Origin: Minisyncoccota bacterium
GTDB lineage: Bacteria > Patescibacteriota > Minisyncoccia > UBA6257 > 2-01-FULL-56-20
Assembly: GCA_022843285.1 (NCBI GenBank)
Contig: JALHNY010000005.1
Span: forward strand, 10,315 to 74,314
DNA length: 64,000 bases
Reading direction: 5' to 3'
Below are positions 33,871 through 43,530 of the stretch, in pieces (positions within the stretch are counted from its first letter, which is position 1; each line of letters starts with the position of its first letter). A program made the translations under genes and the position numbers. The notes below the pieces were generated by a model. It saw nothing but the letters and a program-made list of their open reading frames with translations. It did not search any database and was not told where the DNA came from.

Positions 33871-36171
33871 TTACGGTGCGCGCGCGGGGACCGTCGGCCG
33901 GGGTTCGTTCGAGATGAACTCGAGCACCTTGCCCGTGTCCTTCACTTCTTGAGTGAGAGGAATCGGCGGAGACGCGGGCGCCTCGATGATGTCGACGGTG
34001 GGCTCGATGGCTTCGACGGTGTTCGCGACCAGCTGCGGTGCGGGTTGCGGTGACGGTGCCGGCGCGGGAGGCGGTGCAGGGGGCTGTGCGACGGCCTGAG
34101 CGATGCTGCCGTCGAGCAGGACGACCGGCGGGGCTCCCGCCTTCCAGACGAGCGCGCCCCGAGCGTCGATGAGCCAGAGGCCCTTCGTCTGCGTGAGCGT
34201 CGCCGGAGGCGTTGCGACGCCGAACCGCTTGGCGAGCGCGACGAGCGCGTCGTCGACGAACTCCGGCGTGGCGTGCTGTCCGACGGTGTCGGCCGCGAGG
34301 AAGAACGCGGTGACGCGCGCCGGCGTGAGGAACTCGACGCCCTTCTCCGCCTGGTTGAGGCCTTCGAGCGCGGGCTGAAGCTTCGCCGAGTAGTACGGGT
34401 CGGCCGACGTGAACATCGTCTGCACGATGTCGAGGAAGCGCTCGACGCGAACCTCGTGCGTCTGGGCCACCTGCGCGGCGCGCACAGCCTCGAGCACTGC
34501 CGCCGGGGGAGGCGAGGGCGGTTTGTTCGGGTCACGTGCAGCCGGTGCGGCCGGAGCTGCGGGAGCGGTCCCTTGCGCGGCCGGAGCCTGAGCGCCCTGC
34601 TGCTGCGCCTTCTGCTTCTCGATGCCTCCGGCCAGCGCGTCACCGAGGGCCTGACCGAGCTTCGGGGTGATGATGTTCTGCAGCGCCGAGCCGATGCCCG
34701 CGCTCTCACCGCCACCACCGACCTGCGGAGCGAGCGCCTTCACCATCGTGCCGACCTTCTCGAACGTGGCGACAGCTTCTTCGAGCCCGCTCACGCGTCC
34801 CGCGGCGGGCGCGCCCTTGAGCGCAGCGACCTCGTGCACGAGCTGCGTGAGCAGCGTGTTCTGCTGACCGCCGCCCATCAGCTGCTGCAGCGTGACCATC
34901 TCCTTGAGCTGGTCGACGAAACTGGGCGGGTTGACGAGCTTTGCGAGCGCGATGTCGAGCAGCTTGCTCTCGGCGGCCGGCGGGGGCGGGGGCGGCATGG
35001 GCATGGGCGGCATGCTCCACATCGGAGGCGGTGCGGGCGGGCCGAAGTCGGGTGACGGCGAGTTCGGGCGGCGACCTTCAATCTTGTCGAGCCGCTCGAG
35101 GACCATCTTCAGGAGCTCACCGTCGTTCGACGCCTTCGGCGCCATCGACTTCTCCATCATCATGAGCATCATCAGCGACATCATGTCGCCGCCCGCGACC
35201 GCCTTCTGCTGCGCGGCCTGGAGGAGCGGGTTCGGGGGCTCGGCCTGCGTGGTGCTGGCCTTGAGCGTGTTCATCAGGTCGACCGCGCGGTGAATGGTCG
35301 AGAACGGGTCGTTGCTGCTCTGCGGCGGGTTTCGGGAGTGCACGGTGAACTCGTGCACGGGCGGCAGCTCGCGGTCGGTGCGCGGGTCGACCTTGTAGGC
35401 CTCGTACTTCGTCGTGCCCGACTCGTTGCCGTACTCGGGGTCGACGTACGCGGTGATGAACTCCTTCACCTTCATGTCGCCGAGGTCGTCGAGCGAGTAG
35501 TCGTTGACGAGCTCTCGCTGACCGTTCTCCAGGCGCACGAAGATGCGGAGCTTCTCCGGCGTGGGGAGGAGCGAGTCGAGCGTGCGACGCTGCGGTGCGG
35601 CAGGCTGAGCCTGCGTGCGACGTCGACGCGAGCTGCCGGGTGCGGGCGCCTGCACGTAGACGGTCTGCACCGGAATGGCCTGTCGACGCGGGCGCGGCTG
35701 CTGAACGACTTCCTCTTCCTCGGGGGGTAGCTCGTCGTCTTCGAACTGCTCATCGTTCTGCGGCTGCTGCGCCATGTCGTCCTCGGTGTCGTCTTCAGCG
35801 GGGGAATCTTCGTCGTCTTCGGTGTCGTCGGTGTCGGCTTCACTGTCAGCATCGCCGACTGGCTCTTCGACCTTCGGCTTCTTCTGCTTCTTCTTGCCGA
35901 TGGCGGGGAGCGGCTCGAGCGCCTCACCCTTGAGCGCCCGGGCGACGCGGTCGATGGCCAGCTCGGCGATGACGGCGAGCTTCTCGTCGGTGAAGAGCGG
36001 CGCGAGCAGGTGACGGCCCGTGTCGGTGCTGAACGACGCAGGGTCGGCCGCCGACTCTTCGAGGGTCTTCGTGAGTCGCTTGAGCGTCGACTTGAAGCGC
36101 GTGTACTGGTCAGCGGTGAGGCCGCCCTTCTTCAGGGCGAGGATTTCTTCGGTGACGGCTTCCCAGCTCAT
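33871..36171 (-). CDS. 766-aa low-complexity protein (acidic block, Pro-rich and Gln/Ala-rich regions)
   Basis: Long ORF with the runs DADSEADTDDTEDDEDSPAEDDTEDD and MPPMPMPPPPPPAA. Confidence 0.6.
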   Translation of the reverse strand: MSWEAVTEEILALKKGGLTADQYTRFKSTLKRLTKTLEESAADPASFSTDTGRHLLAPLFTDEKLAVIAELAIDRVARALKGEALEPLPAIGKKKQKKPKVEEPVGDADSEADTDDTEDDEDSPAEDDTEDDMAQQPQNDEQFEDDELPPEEEEVVQQPRPRRQAIPVQTVYVQAPAPGSSRRRRTQAQPAAPQRRTLDSLLPTPEKLRIFVRLENGQRELVNDYSLDDLGDMKVKEFITAYVDPEYGNESGTTKYEAYKVDPRTDRELPPVHEFTVHSRNPPQSSNDPFSTIHRAVDLMNTLKASTTQAEPPNPLLQAAQQKAVAGGDMMSLMMLMMMEKSMAPKASNDGELLKMVLERLDKIEGRRPNSPSPDFGPPAPPPMWSMPPMPMPPPPPPAAESKLLDIALAKLVNPPSFVDQLKEMVTLQQLMGGGQQNTLLTQLVHEVAALKGAPAAGRVSGLEEAVATFEKVGTMVKALAPQVGGGGESAGIGSALQNIITPKLGQALGDALAGGIEKQKAQQQGAQAPAAQGTAPAAPAAPAARDPNKPPSPPPAAVLEAVRAAQVAQTHEVRVERFLDIVQTMFTSADPYYSAKLQPALEGLNQAEKGVEFLTPARVTAFFLAADTVGQHATPEFVDDALVALAKRFGVATPPATLTQTKGLWLIDARGALVWKAGAPPVVLLDGSIAQAVAQPPAPPPAPAPSPQPAPQLVANTVEAIEPTVDIIEAPASPPIPLTQEVKDTGKVLEFISNEPRPTVPARAP

Positions 36172-36689
36172 TCGTTCACCGGCGTCGTGGGGTTCGAGTC
36201 GAGTGCCAGGGGAGTTCCGGTCGAGTCGAGCAGAACGGGAGCGGGCGTGGCGGGCGCCTGTCCGACCGAGATGGCATTGAGCTTCGCCGCTGCGGCTTGA
36301 GCGCGCGCCTCTTCAGCGACCGGGTCCAGCTTCTGTGAGCGGAGCCACGCCTCGTGACCGGCGAGCATCTGTTGAATGCTCTGGTCGCCCGCAGTGCCGA
36401 TGGCACCGCCTCGACGAAGCGCCTCGAACGCTTCCTTGGAGATGTCGAGGCCCTCTCCGGGTTTGTGCAGGCCAAGCACCGTGCCCTTGGACTGGTACAT
36501 GCGCATCGTCGCCTCGGGGTGGCGCCGCTGCAGAATCTGGATGGCCTGCACGAAGTCGTCGTCTGCTTTGAGGTGCAGAGGGACTTCGACGTTCGCGCCC
36601 CGGCTGATGTGGAACCACAGCTGGTCGGCCGCATCTTCGAGGCGTTTTCGGCGGGCGGCTTTTTCGCGATAGCTGCTGAAGAGTCCCAT
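36168..36689 (-). CDS. hypothetical protein
   Basis: ATG (MGLFSSYREK...) inside the longer ORF. ATGA overlap with the upstream gene. Confidence 0.5.
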   Translation of the reverse strand: MGLFSSYREKAARRKRLEDAADQLWFHISRGANVEVPLHLKADDDFVQAIQILQRRHPEATMRMYQSKGTVLGLHKPGEGLDISKEAFEALRRGGAIGTAGDQSIQQMLAGHEAWLRSQKLDPVAEEARAQAAAAKLNAISVGQAPATPAPVLLDSTGTPLALDSNPTTPVNE

Positions 36690-36786
36690 GCGGCGCAGGG
36701 TCAGACAGCTACACGGGCGAGTCAAGCGACAACGTCCTTCGCCCCTCGTGAGTCAGACCGTCAACCCACGCTTGATAGAACGGGGC

Positions 36787-36993
36787 ATGCCTGACGAAGT
36801 CGATTGGCTGAGCCTCTCGGTACTCGACCTCGTCGACGCTGCAGCGGAGCGCATCACGACGCTTCGGCTGGAGGCAGAAGACGGGACGACCGTGCTCGTC
36901 ATCGTGGTGAAGGGCGCCGACGTCGACGCCTTCGAAGCACAAATCACTCGCAGCACCAACTCCGTGAAGGCCATCCAATGCAAAGCAAACTGA
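36787..36993 (+). CDS. small hypothetical protein
   Basis: ATG with a GAACGGGG RBS. Plus-strand ORF embedded in a minus-strand block. Confidence 0.35.
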   Translation: MPDEVDWLSLSVLDLVDAAAERITTLRLEAEDGTTVLVIVVKGADVDAFEAQITRSTNSVKAIQCKAN

Positions 36994-37484
36994 CCACCCT
37001 GAAGCTCTTCGTCGCACGTCTCACCCCGCTGTTCGTGATGGCCGTGCTGTTCGTCGCGATGGTCGCGAGCGCCCAGGAGTCCACCGTGGTGGACCTCACG
37101 AGCGAGGAGGCAGTCGCGAAGCTCCTCCTCGACAGTGTCGTAAACAAGCAGTGGGGGCTACTCGCCTCGCTGGTCCTCACGGCGGTGGTCTGGTTCTCCC
37201 GCAAGTACGTTCCGGAGAAGACCGTCGTGGGCGCGTGGCTGCGAACGAAGGCAGGTGGCGCGCTCAGCTCGCTGCTCTTCGCGCTCGGCACCGGCTTCGT
37301 GACTCAGTTCCTCGCGGGCGTTCCGTTCGGTGGAGCGATGGTCATCAAAGCCATCTCGGTCGCGCTCGGCGCCAGCGGCATCTGGTCCATCGTGAAGAAC
37401 CTGCGAGAGTCCGCTGAAGAGTCGAAGGCCCAGGTCGACGGCAAGGCAGCTGAGACGAAGCCCACCGACACCCTCAACCAGTGA
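36978..37484 (+). CDS. multi-pass membrane protein (holin-like candidate)
   Basis: ATG (MQSKLTTLKLFVARLTPLFVMAVLFVAMV...). At least 4 predicted TM helices. Confidence 0.5.
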   Translation: MQSKLTTLKLFVARLTPLFVMAVLFVAMVASAQESTVVDLTSEEAVAKLLLDSVVNKQWGLLASLVLTAVVWFSRKYVPEKTVVGAWLRTKAGGALSSLLFALGTGFVTQFLAGVPFGGAMVIKAISVALGASGIWSIVKNLRESAEESKAQVDGKAAETKPTDTLNQ

Positions 37485-37801
37485 CACTCCTCCTCGCACT
37501 CATCATCGGCGTGACAGGCGACGGTGGAGTCGATGGCGGAGCTGCCGTCGACTTCACCGCGCCGCTGTACGGTCAGTGCTCCGAAGCACCGCCGGTGGAG
37601 CGCGTCGACGGGGGTGTGTTCATGCCGGCCGCAAGGGAAGCTCGCGTGGCCTGCCTGATGGTGACGTGCGAGAGCGACCGGCAACGAAAGTCACGGCTTC
37701 TTGACGAACAGCCGATTCCCCCCGCGTGGTACCTGTGGGCCGTGGGCTTGAGCGCAGCGCTCGCACTCGGCGCCGTCATCGGTCGTTGGTGGCCTTGGTG
37801 A
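37481..37801 (+). CDS. membrane protein (N- and C-terminal hydrophobic segments, Cys-containing)
   Basis: GTG start overlapping the upstream stop (GTGA). C-terminus WYLWAVGLSAALALGAVIGRWWPW. Confidence 0.45.
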   Translation: MTLLLALIIGVTGDGGVDGGAAVDFTAPLYGQCSEAPPVERVDGGVFMPAAREARVACLMVTCESDRQRKSRLLDEQPIPPAWYLWAVGLSAALALGAVIGRWWPW

Positions 37802-37805
37802 CGCT

Positions 37806-38102
37806 TCAGTCCTTCGGTGTGAACTTCCAGAAGGGCTCGTAGGAGCTCTCGTTGAACCCGGGCTTGTCGTACGCGACATCCCAACCCCTACGTCGGTACG
37901 CGCCTTCGAAGTCGAGCCACTTCTCTTCGAAGACCTGTTCGCGTGTGACGCCGAATTTCTTGGTGAGCATCTCCATCACGTCGCACTGTCGGACGATGGT
38001 CGACTTCGTGAGCAGCAGGTTCACCACCTCGAAGACCGCATCGGGCAGCGCGGACTCCTTCGCGACTTTCAGTTCGGCAGGACTGAGCGGCTTCACCTTC
38101 AT
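37806..38102 (-). CDS. hypothetical protein
   Basis: ATG (MKVKPLSPAEL...) with a GGAGG RBS. Confidence 0.5.
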   Translation of the reverse strand: MKVKPLSPAELKVAKESALPDAVFEVVNLLLTKSTIVRQCDVMEMLTKKFGVTREQVFEEKWLDFEGAYRRRGWDVAYDKPGFNESSYEPFWKFTPKD

Positions 38103-38281
38103 TTGCGACCTCCACGTGACAACGCGTTCTTGACAGAGGGGTAGGGGTTCTTTACTTTCACCCTGCCGCTGTGTTCTGGCCCTGGGCCGCGTCGGAGTCC
38201 CCCCCTCCCCTTCGACGCGGCCCGACTTTTCTCTCGTCATCCGTCGCCAGAGCTTGTCGTACACCTCGGTCGAGACCGTGC

Positions 38282-38569
38282 TCAGCATGCTGGGCAACCT
38301 TCACCGCCACAGTTCGCGCAGACGTCGGACTCCGAGAGGTCTGCGGCATGATGGCCGAGACTCTCGATGGTGGTCGCCTCTTGCTCGAGGACGAGCACTG
38401 CGTCGTGGGGTGTTCCGCGAATCGCGGCAGCTCGGGTGCGGAGATGCTCGACGACGAGTGCCCGTTCAGCGGCTGAGGTGTTGAACTTGAGGCACTCGAT
38501 GCACCGCCCTTGGACCAACAGGTCTGCGGCCTCGTCACAGTCGGCGCACTTCAGAGCGGGCTCAATCAC
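38282..38569 (-). CDS. double zinc-ribbon protein (CADC...CIEC; CANCGGEGCPAC)
   Basis: 95-aa ORF. Confidence 0.45.
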   Translation of the reverse strand: MIEPALKCADCDEAADLLVQGRCIECLKFNTSAAERALVVEHLRTRAAAIRGTPHDAVLVLEQEATTIESLGHHAADLSESDVCANCGGEGCPAC

Positions 38570-38798
38570 CTCGAGCCGCCTTCACCATCGCCGGAACGTC
38601 GGCGAGAGACGTCGTCACGTTCGTCCCGGTGAGCGCGATGGCCAACGCAGACCGAAGACGGTGGAAGCTGATGCTGTCTTCGGAACTCACGTCGATGTTT
38701 TGTGCAGCTTCGAGCGCGGCATCGAGACCGCGAAGAAGCAGCGCAGCTTCCGCACTGTTCACGTTGATGGCCAGCTCTACGGATGAAGTGATTTTCAC
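38562..38798 (-). CDS. hypothetical protein
   Basis: GTG start overlapping the upstream stop (GTGA), with an AGGTG RBS. Confidence 0.4.
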   Translation of the reverse strand: MKITSSVELAINVNSAEAALLLRGLDAALEAAQNIDVSSEDSISFHRLRSALAIALTGTNVTTSLADVPAMVKAARGD

Positions 38799-39682
38799 GG
38801 CACACCTGCCTTTCGAATTTGAACAGCGACAGCCTCGGCGAGCTTCGCGTACGGCTTGCCGCGGTACTTCGCCCACTGGCCGACCTTCTTCGTGTCCCTG
38901 AAGAGCAGCGACTCGGGCGCCTTACCCCAGCACCGGTTGTAGTATTCGCAGGGCCCGTACTTGCCGACGCAGCCGGTGAGGTTGCGGGGGAAGGCGGCGT
39001 TCGCCGACGTTCGACGCTCCGCCACGCTCTTCAACCGCCGGTACACCTCGTTCCAGAAGTCGGCCACCATGTTGAAGAGCGCATCACTCTTCGCCGCTGT
39101 CAGCTCTACCTTGACAAGCTTCGTCTCGGCCAGCCCTGTCTTGCGTTGGATGTCGACGATGCCCTTGGTCGCGTTGACCGCGATGAGCTCACCCAAGATG
39201 CCGCCGTCGACGTTCCACTTCTGTTCGTCCCACTCCGAGAGCTGCATCGCGGTCTTGTAGTCGCGCGCGACGATGGAGCCGTCGGAGCGCTTCTCCACGC
39301 GGTCGGGCTTCGACGACATGGTGCCGCCGAAAATCTTCACGGTCTCTTCGACGACTTCGGCCTCGGGAATCGGCGGACCCTTCTCCATGCGAGCGCGGTA
39401 CAGCGACATCGCGGTCGCCGCCTGCTCGGGGAAGTCCTTGAGCACCTTCTCGGGCGAATCGCCCTCGAGCAACGCGTGATACGCGGAGCCGGTGAGCAGG
39501 TTCTCGTTCACCTGGGCCGGGTAGATGCCCAAGATGTAGCGGTACAGCCACTTCAGCCAGCACTGGTACGACGTGCTGATGAAGGTCCACCCGATGGGCG
39601 TTCCACCTTCACCGCCATCGACTCGACGCTTCGTCTTCGGTGCTGCGGGAGCGTTCTTGAAACCGTTCGGTCGAATCGGCAT
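38795..39682 (-). CDS. PD-(D/E)XK nuclease, Cas4/RecB-like with a C-terminal Cys cluster
   Basis: SKPDRVEK...SIVARDYKT gives the PD...DxK pattern. An N-terminal Cys plus CVGKYGPCEYYNRCW gives four Cys, as in Fe-S nucleases. Confidence 0.5.
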   Translation of the reverse strand: MPIRPNGFKNAPAAPKTKRRVDGGEGGTPIGWTFISTSYQCWLKWLYRYILGIYPAQVNENLLTGSAYHALLEGDSPEKVLKDFPEQAATAMSLYRARMEKGPPIPEAEVVEETVKIFGGTMSSKPDRVEKRSDGSIVARDYKTAMQLSEWDEQKWNVDGGILGELIAVNATKGIVDIQRKTGLAETKLVKVELTAAKSDALFNMVADFWNEVYRRLKSVAERRTSANAAFPRNLTGCVGKYGPCEYYNRCWGKAPESLLFRDTKKVGQWAKYRGKPYAKLAEAVAVQIRKAGVP

Positions 39683-39740
39683 GCCCCCGACGTACTGGCG
39701 GAATCGGGTTGACGTCAAGCGGAAGTTGACAGAGAACTCC

Positions 39741-40124
39741 ACCGTGCCCTCACGCATCGACCAACCCGGCCAGCTCTACATCCCTTCGCTGGGGAAGAGC
39801 TTCAAGGTGGTTCAGCTGGGACCGTTCTCCACGTCGATGCTCGTCGACCTGAAAGCGGAGTACCGAACCGGCACCGAGCAATCCGTGTTCGCCATCGCAG
39901 CTCAAGGGGCGAGTGGCGTGCAAGACACGGTTCAGCTGCGAGTCCCGACGGGGCTGCCGCTCGCAGAGTTCTCGGCACACCACCTCACGCAGCTGTGGCC
40001 GGAGCCACACCTGTTCCATGACCGCCTTCCCCTGCAGTTTCGAGAGGGCGACGTCATCGAAATCGAGAGCACTGTGCCACTCGTCGTCGTGCTCTTCGGC
40101 GTCTTCAAAGTCCCAGCGAGGTAA
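39741..40124 (+). CDS. capsid-like paralog
   Basis: VPSRIDQPGQLYIPSLGKSFKVVQL parallels the N-terminus of the 19089-19733 protein. The start (GTG at 39741 or ATG at 39681) is uncertain and would overlap the 5' end of the nuclease gene. Confidence 0.4.
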   Translation, partial: TVPSRIDQPGQLYIPSLGKSFKVVQLGPFSTSMLVDLKAEYRTGTEQSVFAIAAQGASGVQDTVQLRVPTGLPLAEFSAHHLTQLWPEPHLFHDRLPLQFREGDVIEIESTVPLVVVLFGVFKVPAR

Positions 40125-40128
40125 CGCA

Positions 40129-40413
40129 ATGAGTAGAGGGTTCTGCAACGTCGTCGACACCAACTGTGAAGCGCCTCCCGCATTCCGAACGGGGTCGGGT
40201 TCGTTCAGCGCGCCCGCGTCCACGAAAGTCCAGACGAAGTGTTACGACTGCGGGGAGCATGTCTGCAAGGCGTGTTCGAAGTTCATCCTCACCGACACCT
40301 CCGTCAGCACGACGACTCCCACGTCCAGGATTCGCGTCTGCGCGGATTGCCTTGAGCTGAGAGCGCGTGCGCGTGAGCGGAAAGAGAAGCGGCAGGACGT
40401 GAGGGTCGGCTGA
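40129..40413 (+). CDS. zinc-ribbon protein (CYDCGEHVCKAC...CADC)
   Basis: ATG in frame with ORF 39913-40413. Confidence 0.45.
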   Translation: MSRGFCNVVDTNCEAPPAFRTGSGSFSAPASTKVQTKCYDCGEHVCKACSKFILTDTSVSTTTPTSRIRVCADCLELRARARERKEKRQDVRVG

Positions 40414-40414
40414 C

Positions 40415-40783
40415 TCACTCCTGGATGCAGGAGTCGAGGAACGCGTCGTCCTCGGAGCGCTGGTGGTCGCGCAGCGTCTTGCTGACGCGCCGACGTTGAC
40501 GGCTCATCGCGAGCTGCATGCCCTCGAGCACGCGGCCTCGAGAGAGCACGGCCTGCACCTCGGTCGACTGGATGATGTCGGCGAAGTCTTCCTGAATGAA
40601 GTAGGTCGCGAGGCTCTCCAGCTCCTCATCGATGCGCTCACCGACGTACTTGTAGAGCCAGTACGCAACGTCCTGTGGCGTGCGGCTCTGAGCGACCTTG
40701 ATGAGGTCCGAGACGGCGGCAGAGACGGGAATGGCGCGGCGAGGCTTCCGGCCACTCGCAAGGCGGGGGACGACGGCAGACAT
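40415..40783 (-). CDS. hypothetical protein
   Basis: 122-aa ORF. Confidence 0.5.
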   Translation of the reverse strand: MSAVVPRLASGRKPRRAIPVSAAVSDLIKVAQSRTPQDVAYWLYKYVGERIDEELESLATYFIQEDFADIIQSTEVQAVLSRGRVLEGMQLAMSRQRRRVSKTLRDHQRSEDDAFLDSCIQE

Positions 40784-40807
40784 GCATACCCTTCATCCCC
40801 AGCCCGG

Positions 40808-42325
40808 TTACAGCCCCAGGTCCATCAGCCGCTCATGTCTCGCGGTTGCCCGCTCGACGAAGGCGGAGAGTAGGTCCTCATCGCCGAGCTTCGCAAGTGA
40901 ATCTTCCTCCTCCGCCAGCGGGCCGAGGAATTCACCGAACGAGCCCGCCAGCTTGTCCTTGAGCAGCTTCTGGCTCTCGCGGATTTTGTACATGAGCGCC
41001 TCAGCGACGACTTCGTCGGGGCCGTTCCGCGTGAGGAAGTAGTGGTAGGCGACGGGAGCGCGTTCGTTGATGGGTTGCCGAGCTGGGTCGATGCGGCCTT
41101 CGCACTGGAGCACCTTCACGAAGCGCCAGTCGAGGTCGACGAAGACCATGTTCTTCGAGCGCACGAGCGTGGCTGACTCTCGAAGCGCATCCATCGTCGA
41201 GACGATGTGGTCGAACTTTCCGAGCTTCCACTCTTCGATGAGCGCCGTGCGCTTCTTCACGGGAATGTCGCCGTGCGAGAGCACGACGCTGAAGCCGCGC
41301 TCCTCGAGCATCTTGGCGAGCTTCTCAGCGTCCTCCTGCTTGTACGTGTACGCGACGACGGGCCCGCTGATGTTGTTGAGGATGAAGTCAGCCGCCGCTC
41401 GCATCTTGTAGCGCACCGACTCGCGAAGTATCTCGTCGAGCTTGCTCCCCTTCTTGAGCACGTTGATTTTGGCGGGGCTCATGCGCACGGCGGCCGGCGC
41501 GTCGACCAGGTGCATGTGGCGAAGGCGCGCGGGCAGGTTGGTGAAGACGTCCTGCGCGGTGCGCCGGAGGTAGATGGCCTTGTACGCCTCGCGCAGCTCG
41601 TCGGGCCGGAGCAGGTCGTGCACTTCACCGGGGCCCCACGTCGAGTTCGACACGAGGAAGTACGTGTTCACGAACTTGTGGAACGAGCCGAAGCGGCCGG
41701 GGCCGCAGAGGTCGAGCAGGTTGAAGAGCTCGTGGGCTCGGTTGTCGATGGGCGTCGCGGTGAGCAGCATCGTCATACGGCTCGCGCCCGCAATGGACCG
41801 CACCAGCCGCGCCGGCTGTGACGTCGAGCGCTTCAGGTTGTGCGCTTCGTCGACCACGATAGAGTCGCCGAGCAGTCCGTTCTCCTTCCAGAATTCGGTG
41901 ACGCGGGGCAGGTTCTCGTAGTTCACGAGCAGCAGCTTCGAGGTGTCGGCCGTCTTGAGCGCCTCCTGCCACGGGCCTTCGGTGCGGTTCAGGAAGTCGG
42001 CGTCGCTCTCGGTCTTCTTCTGGTACGCCGCTGAGGCTCCGCCGGGCTGGCACACCGTCAGCTCGGGCCAGAAGCGTCGAGCCTCCGCCGCCCAATCGAT
42101 GCGTGCCGTCGCTGTCGTCACGACGACGGCCGGTGCGTCGAGTAGGCCCTCCTCCTTGCGGTAGCGGATGGCCGCGAGCGCCTGCCGCGTCTTACCGAGC
42201 CCGAGACCGTCAGCGAGCAGCTTCCCGCGAAACGGGAGGCCCCGGTCGTCGAAGGTGCCCTGCGAGAGCCACTTCCCTGCGGTGACCTGGTAGTCGCGCA
42301 GCTCCTTCTCCCACGGGAAGCTCAC
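40808..42325 (-). CDS. SNF2-family helicase
   Basis: Motifs LADGLGLGKT (I), VVDEAHNLK (II), LLTATPIDN (III) and QCEGRIDPARQ (VI). GTG start with a GGAGGAAGG RBS overlapping the upstream stop. Confidence 0.7.
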   Translation of the reverse strand: MSFPWEKELRDYQVTAGKWLSQGTFDDRGLPFRGKLLADGLGLGKTRQALAAIRYRKEEGLLDAPAVVVTTATARIDWAAEARRFWPELTVCQPGGASAAYQKKTESDADFLNRTEGPWQEALKTADTSKLLLVNYENLPRVTEFWKENGLLGDSIVVDEAHNLKRSTSQPARLVRSIAGASRMTMLLTATPIDNRAHELFNLLDLCGPGRFGSFHKFVNTYFLVSNSTWGPGEVHDLLRPDELREAYKAIYLRRTAQDVFTNLPARLRHMHLVDAPAAVRMSPAKINVLKKGSKLDEILRESVRYKMRAAADFILNNISGPVVAYTYKQEDAEKLAKMLEERGFSVVLSHGDIPVKKRTALIEEWKLGKFDHIVSTMDALRESATLVRSKNMVFVDLDWRFVKVLQCEGRIDPARQPINERAPVAYHYFLTRNGPDEVVAEALMYKIRESQKLLKDKLAGSFGEFLGPLAEEEDSLAKLGDEDLLSAFVERATARHERLMDLGL

Positions 42326-43530
42326 AGGCCTTCCTCCTCTTCGGGCGTGGGCTCTTCGTCGAGCATCTTCTCGATGGTCTGCTCGTCGAGGTCGCCTTCG
42401 CTCTCCTCGACAGTCACCTCGGACGGGGGCGGGAGGTTGTTTTCGAGCCCGTGCTTCGGACAGTCGGGGTGTGCGTAGGCGATGGGGTTGCCCACGATGC
42501 TCACGCCGACGTCGGTGCCTCGGAGACATTCTCCGGAGCACACGGGCTCGGTGGGCTCGACCTCGGTGGAGTCGTTGGCGGGCTCAGAGCGAAGCGCGGC
42601 GGTGTAGCTGTCGTCGCCGTCGGTGCTCGAGATGGGGCGGTGACCTTCTTCCGGCACTTCACGCTCAGCGCGGTCTTCTGCGGAGAGCGCGAAATTCGAG
42701 TAGCCGTCGTGCGTCGGCGGCAGTCCGGCCTTCTCGCGAAGACGTGCTCGGATTTTCCGGACTCCGTTCCCCTCGTCATCGTCAGCACGAAGAATTCGAT
42801 TCTTCAGCTCGCGTGAAAGAGGTGAAGGCGTCGAAGTCACGTAGCGGTCGCCGTACTCGGCAAACAGTGCCCCCAGGGCGACCCGGTACTCGTCGGTGAG
42901 TTCCCCGAACGTCTTGTCCAGCGTCGGGAGGTCGACGTGCCGGAGATGCCCGACTGCTTCTGCGAGGTCGGCGAGACGGTCAGTGAGCGGACGCGCGGAG
43001 AGGAGCTTCAAGTTGCGACTCGGGCCGTACGTGTGGGGGGACGCCTGCAGGGAAAGGAAGTAGCCCCCGGTCAACGGCCGAGGGTCGTGGAAGAGCGCCA
43101 AGCAGTTCCCCTGAGAGAACTTCGAAGCGTAGTTCCGGCGCGTGTAGTTGGAATCGCGAACCGAACTCGCTGCGCGGCTCTCGTAACCCTCCACCGTCTT
43201 CGTGGGCGACCGAATCCATCGCAGGTCAGTGTCAGGGAGAGCCCAGGTGCGCAACGCATGACGAAGGCCTCGGTCGCTCACGATGCAGGGGAATGAGTCC
43301 CAGTTGCCGTCACCGTGACGGAGAGAGAGCCACGAGGTGTTGGGCGCCCATGATGGCGTGATGAAAAGCTGAAAGCACTTCAACGGGTCAGCGTTCCACC
43401 CGAGCACCATGGCCGAGAAGGCCTTGCCTCCGAGCACGACGTGCTGGTCGTTCTTGTCGACGATGACGGCGTTGAAGAGATTCCGAAACCCGTTGTCGTG
43501 CATGCCGCAGATGTTGAGCTTTCGACCCAT
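42322..43530 (-). CDS. hypothetical 402-aa protein with an acidic C-terminal tail
   Basis: ATG (MGRKLNICGMHDNG...) with a GGAGG RBS. First gene of the operon. Confidence 0.55.
   Translation of the reverse strand: MGRKLNICGMHDNGFRNLFNAVIVDKNDQHVVLGGKAFSAMVLGWNADPLKCFQLFITPSWAPNTSWLSLRHGDGNWDSFPCIVSDRGLRHALRTWALPDTDLRWIRSPTKTVEGYESRAASSVRDSNYTRRNYASKFSQGNCLALFHDPRPLTGGYFLSLQASPHTYGPSRNLKLLSARPLTDRLADLAEAVGHLRHVDLPTLDKTFGELTDEYRVALGALFAEYGDRYVTSTPSPLSRELKNRILRADDDEGNGVRKIRARLREKAGLPPTHDGYSNFALSAEDRAEREVPEEGHRPISSTDGDDSYTAALRSEPANDSTEVEPTEPVCSGECLRGTDVGVSIVGNPIAYAHPDCPKHGLENNLPPPSEVTVEESEGDLDEQTIEKMLDEEPTPEEEEGL

Noticed and set aside
36709-37017. Minus-strand 102-aa ORF across the 36787-36993 and 36978 plus-strand genes
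   Set aside because: It overlaps two better-supported plus-strand genes and has no RBS.
39750-40223. Minus-strand 157-aa ORF in line with the minus operon
   Set aside because: The overlapping plus-strand ORF has protein-like composition and N-terminal homology to the 19089 structural protein. The minus ORF looks like a shadow frame.
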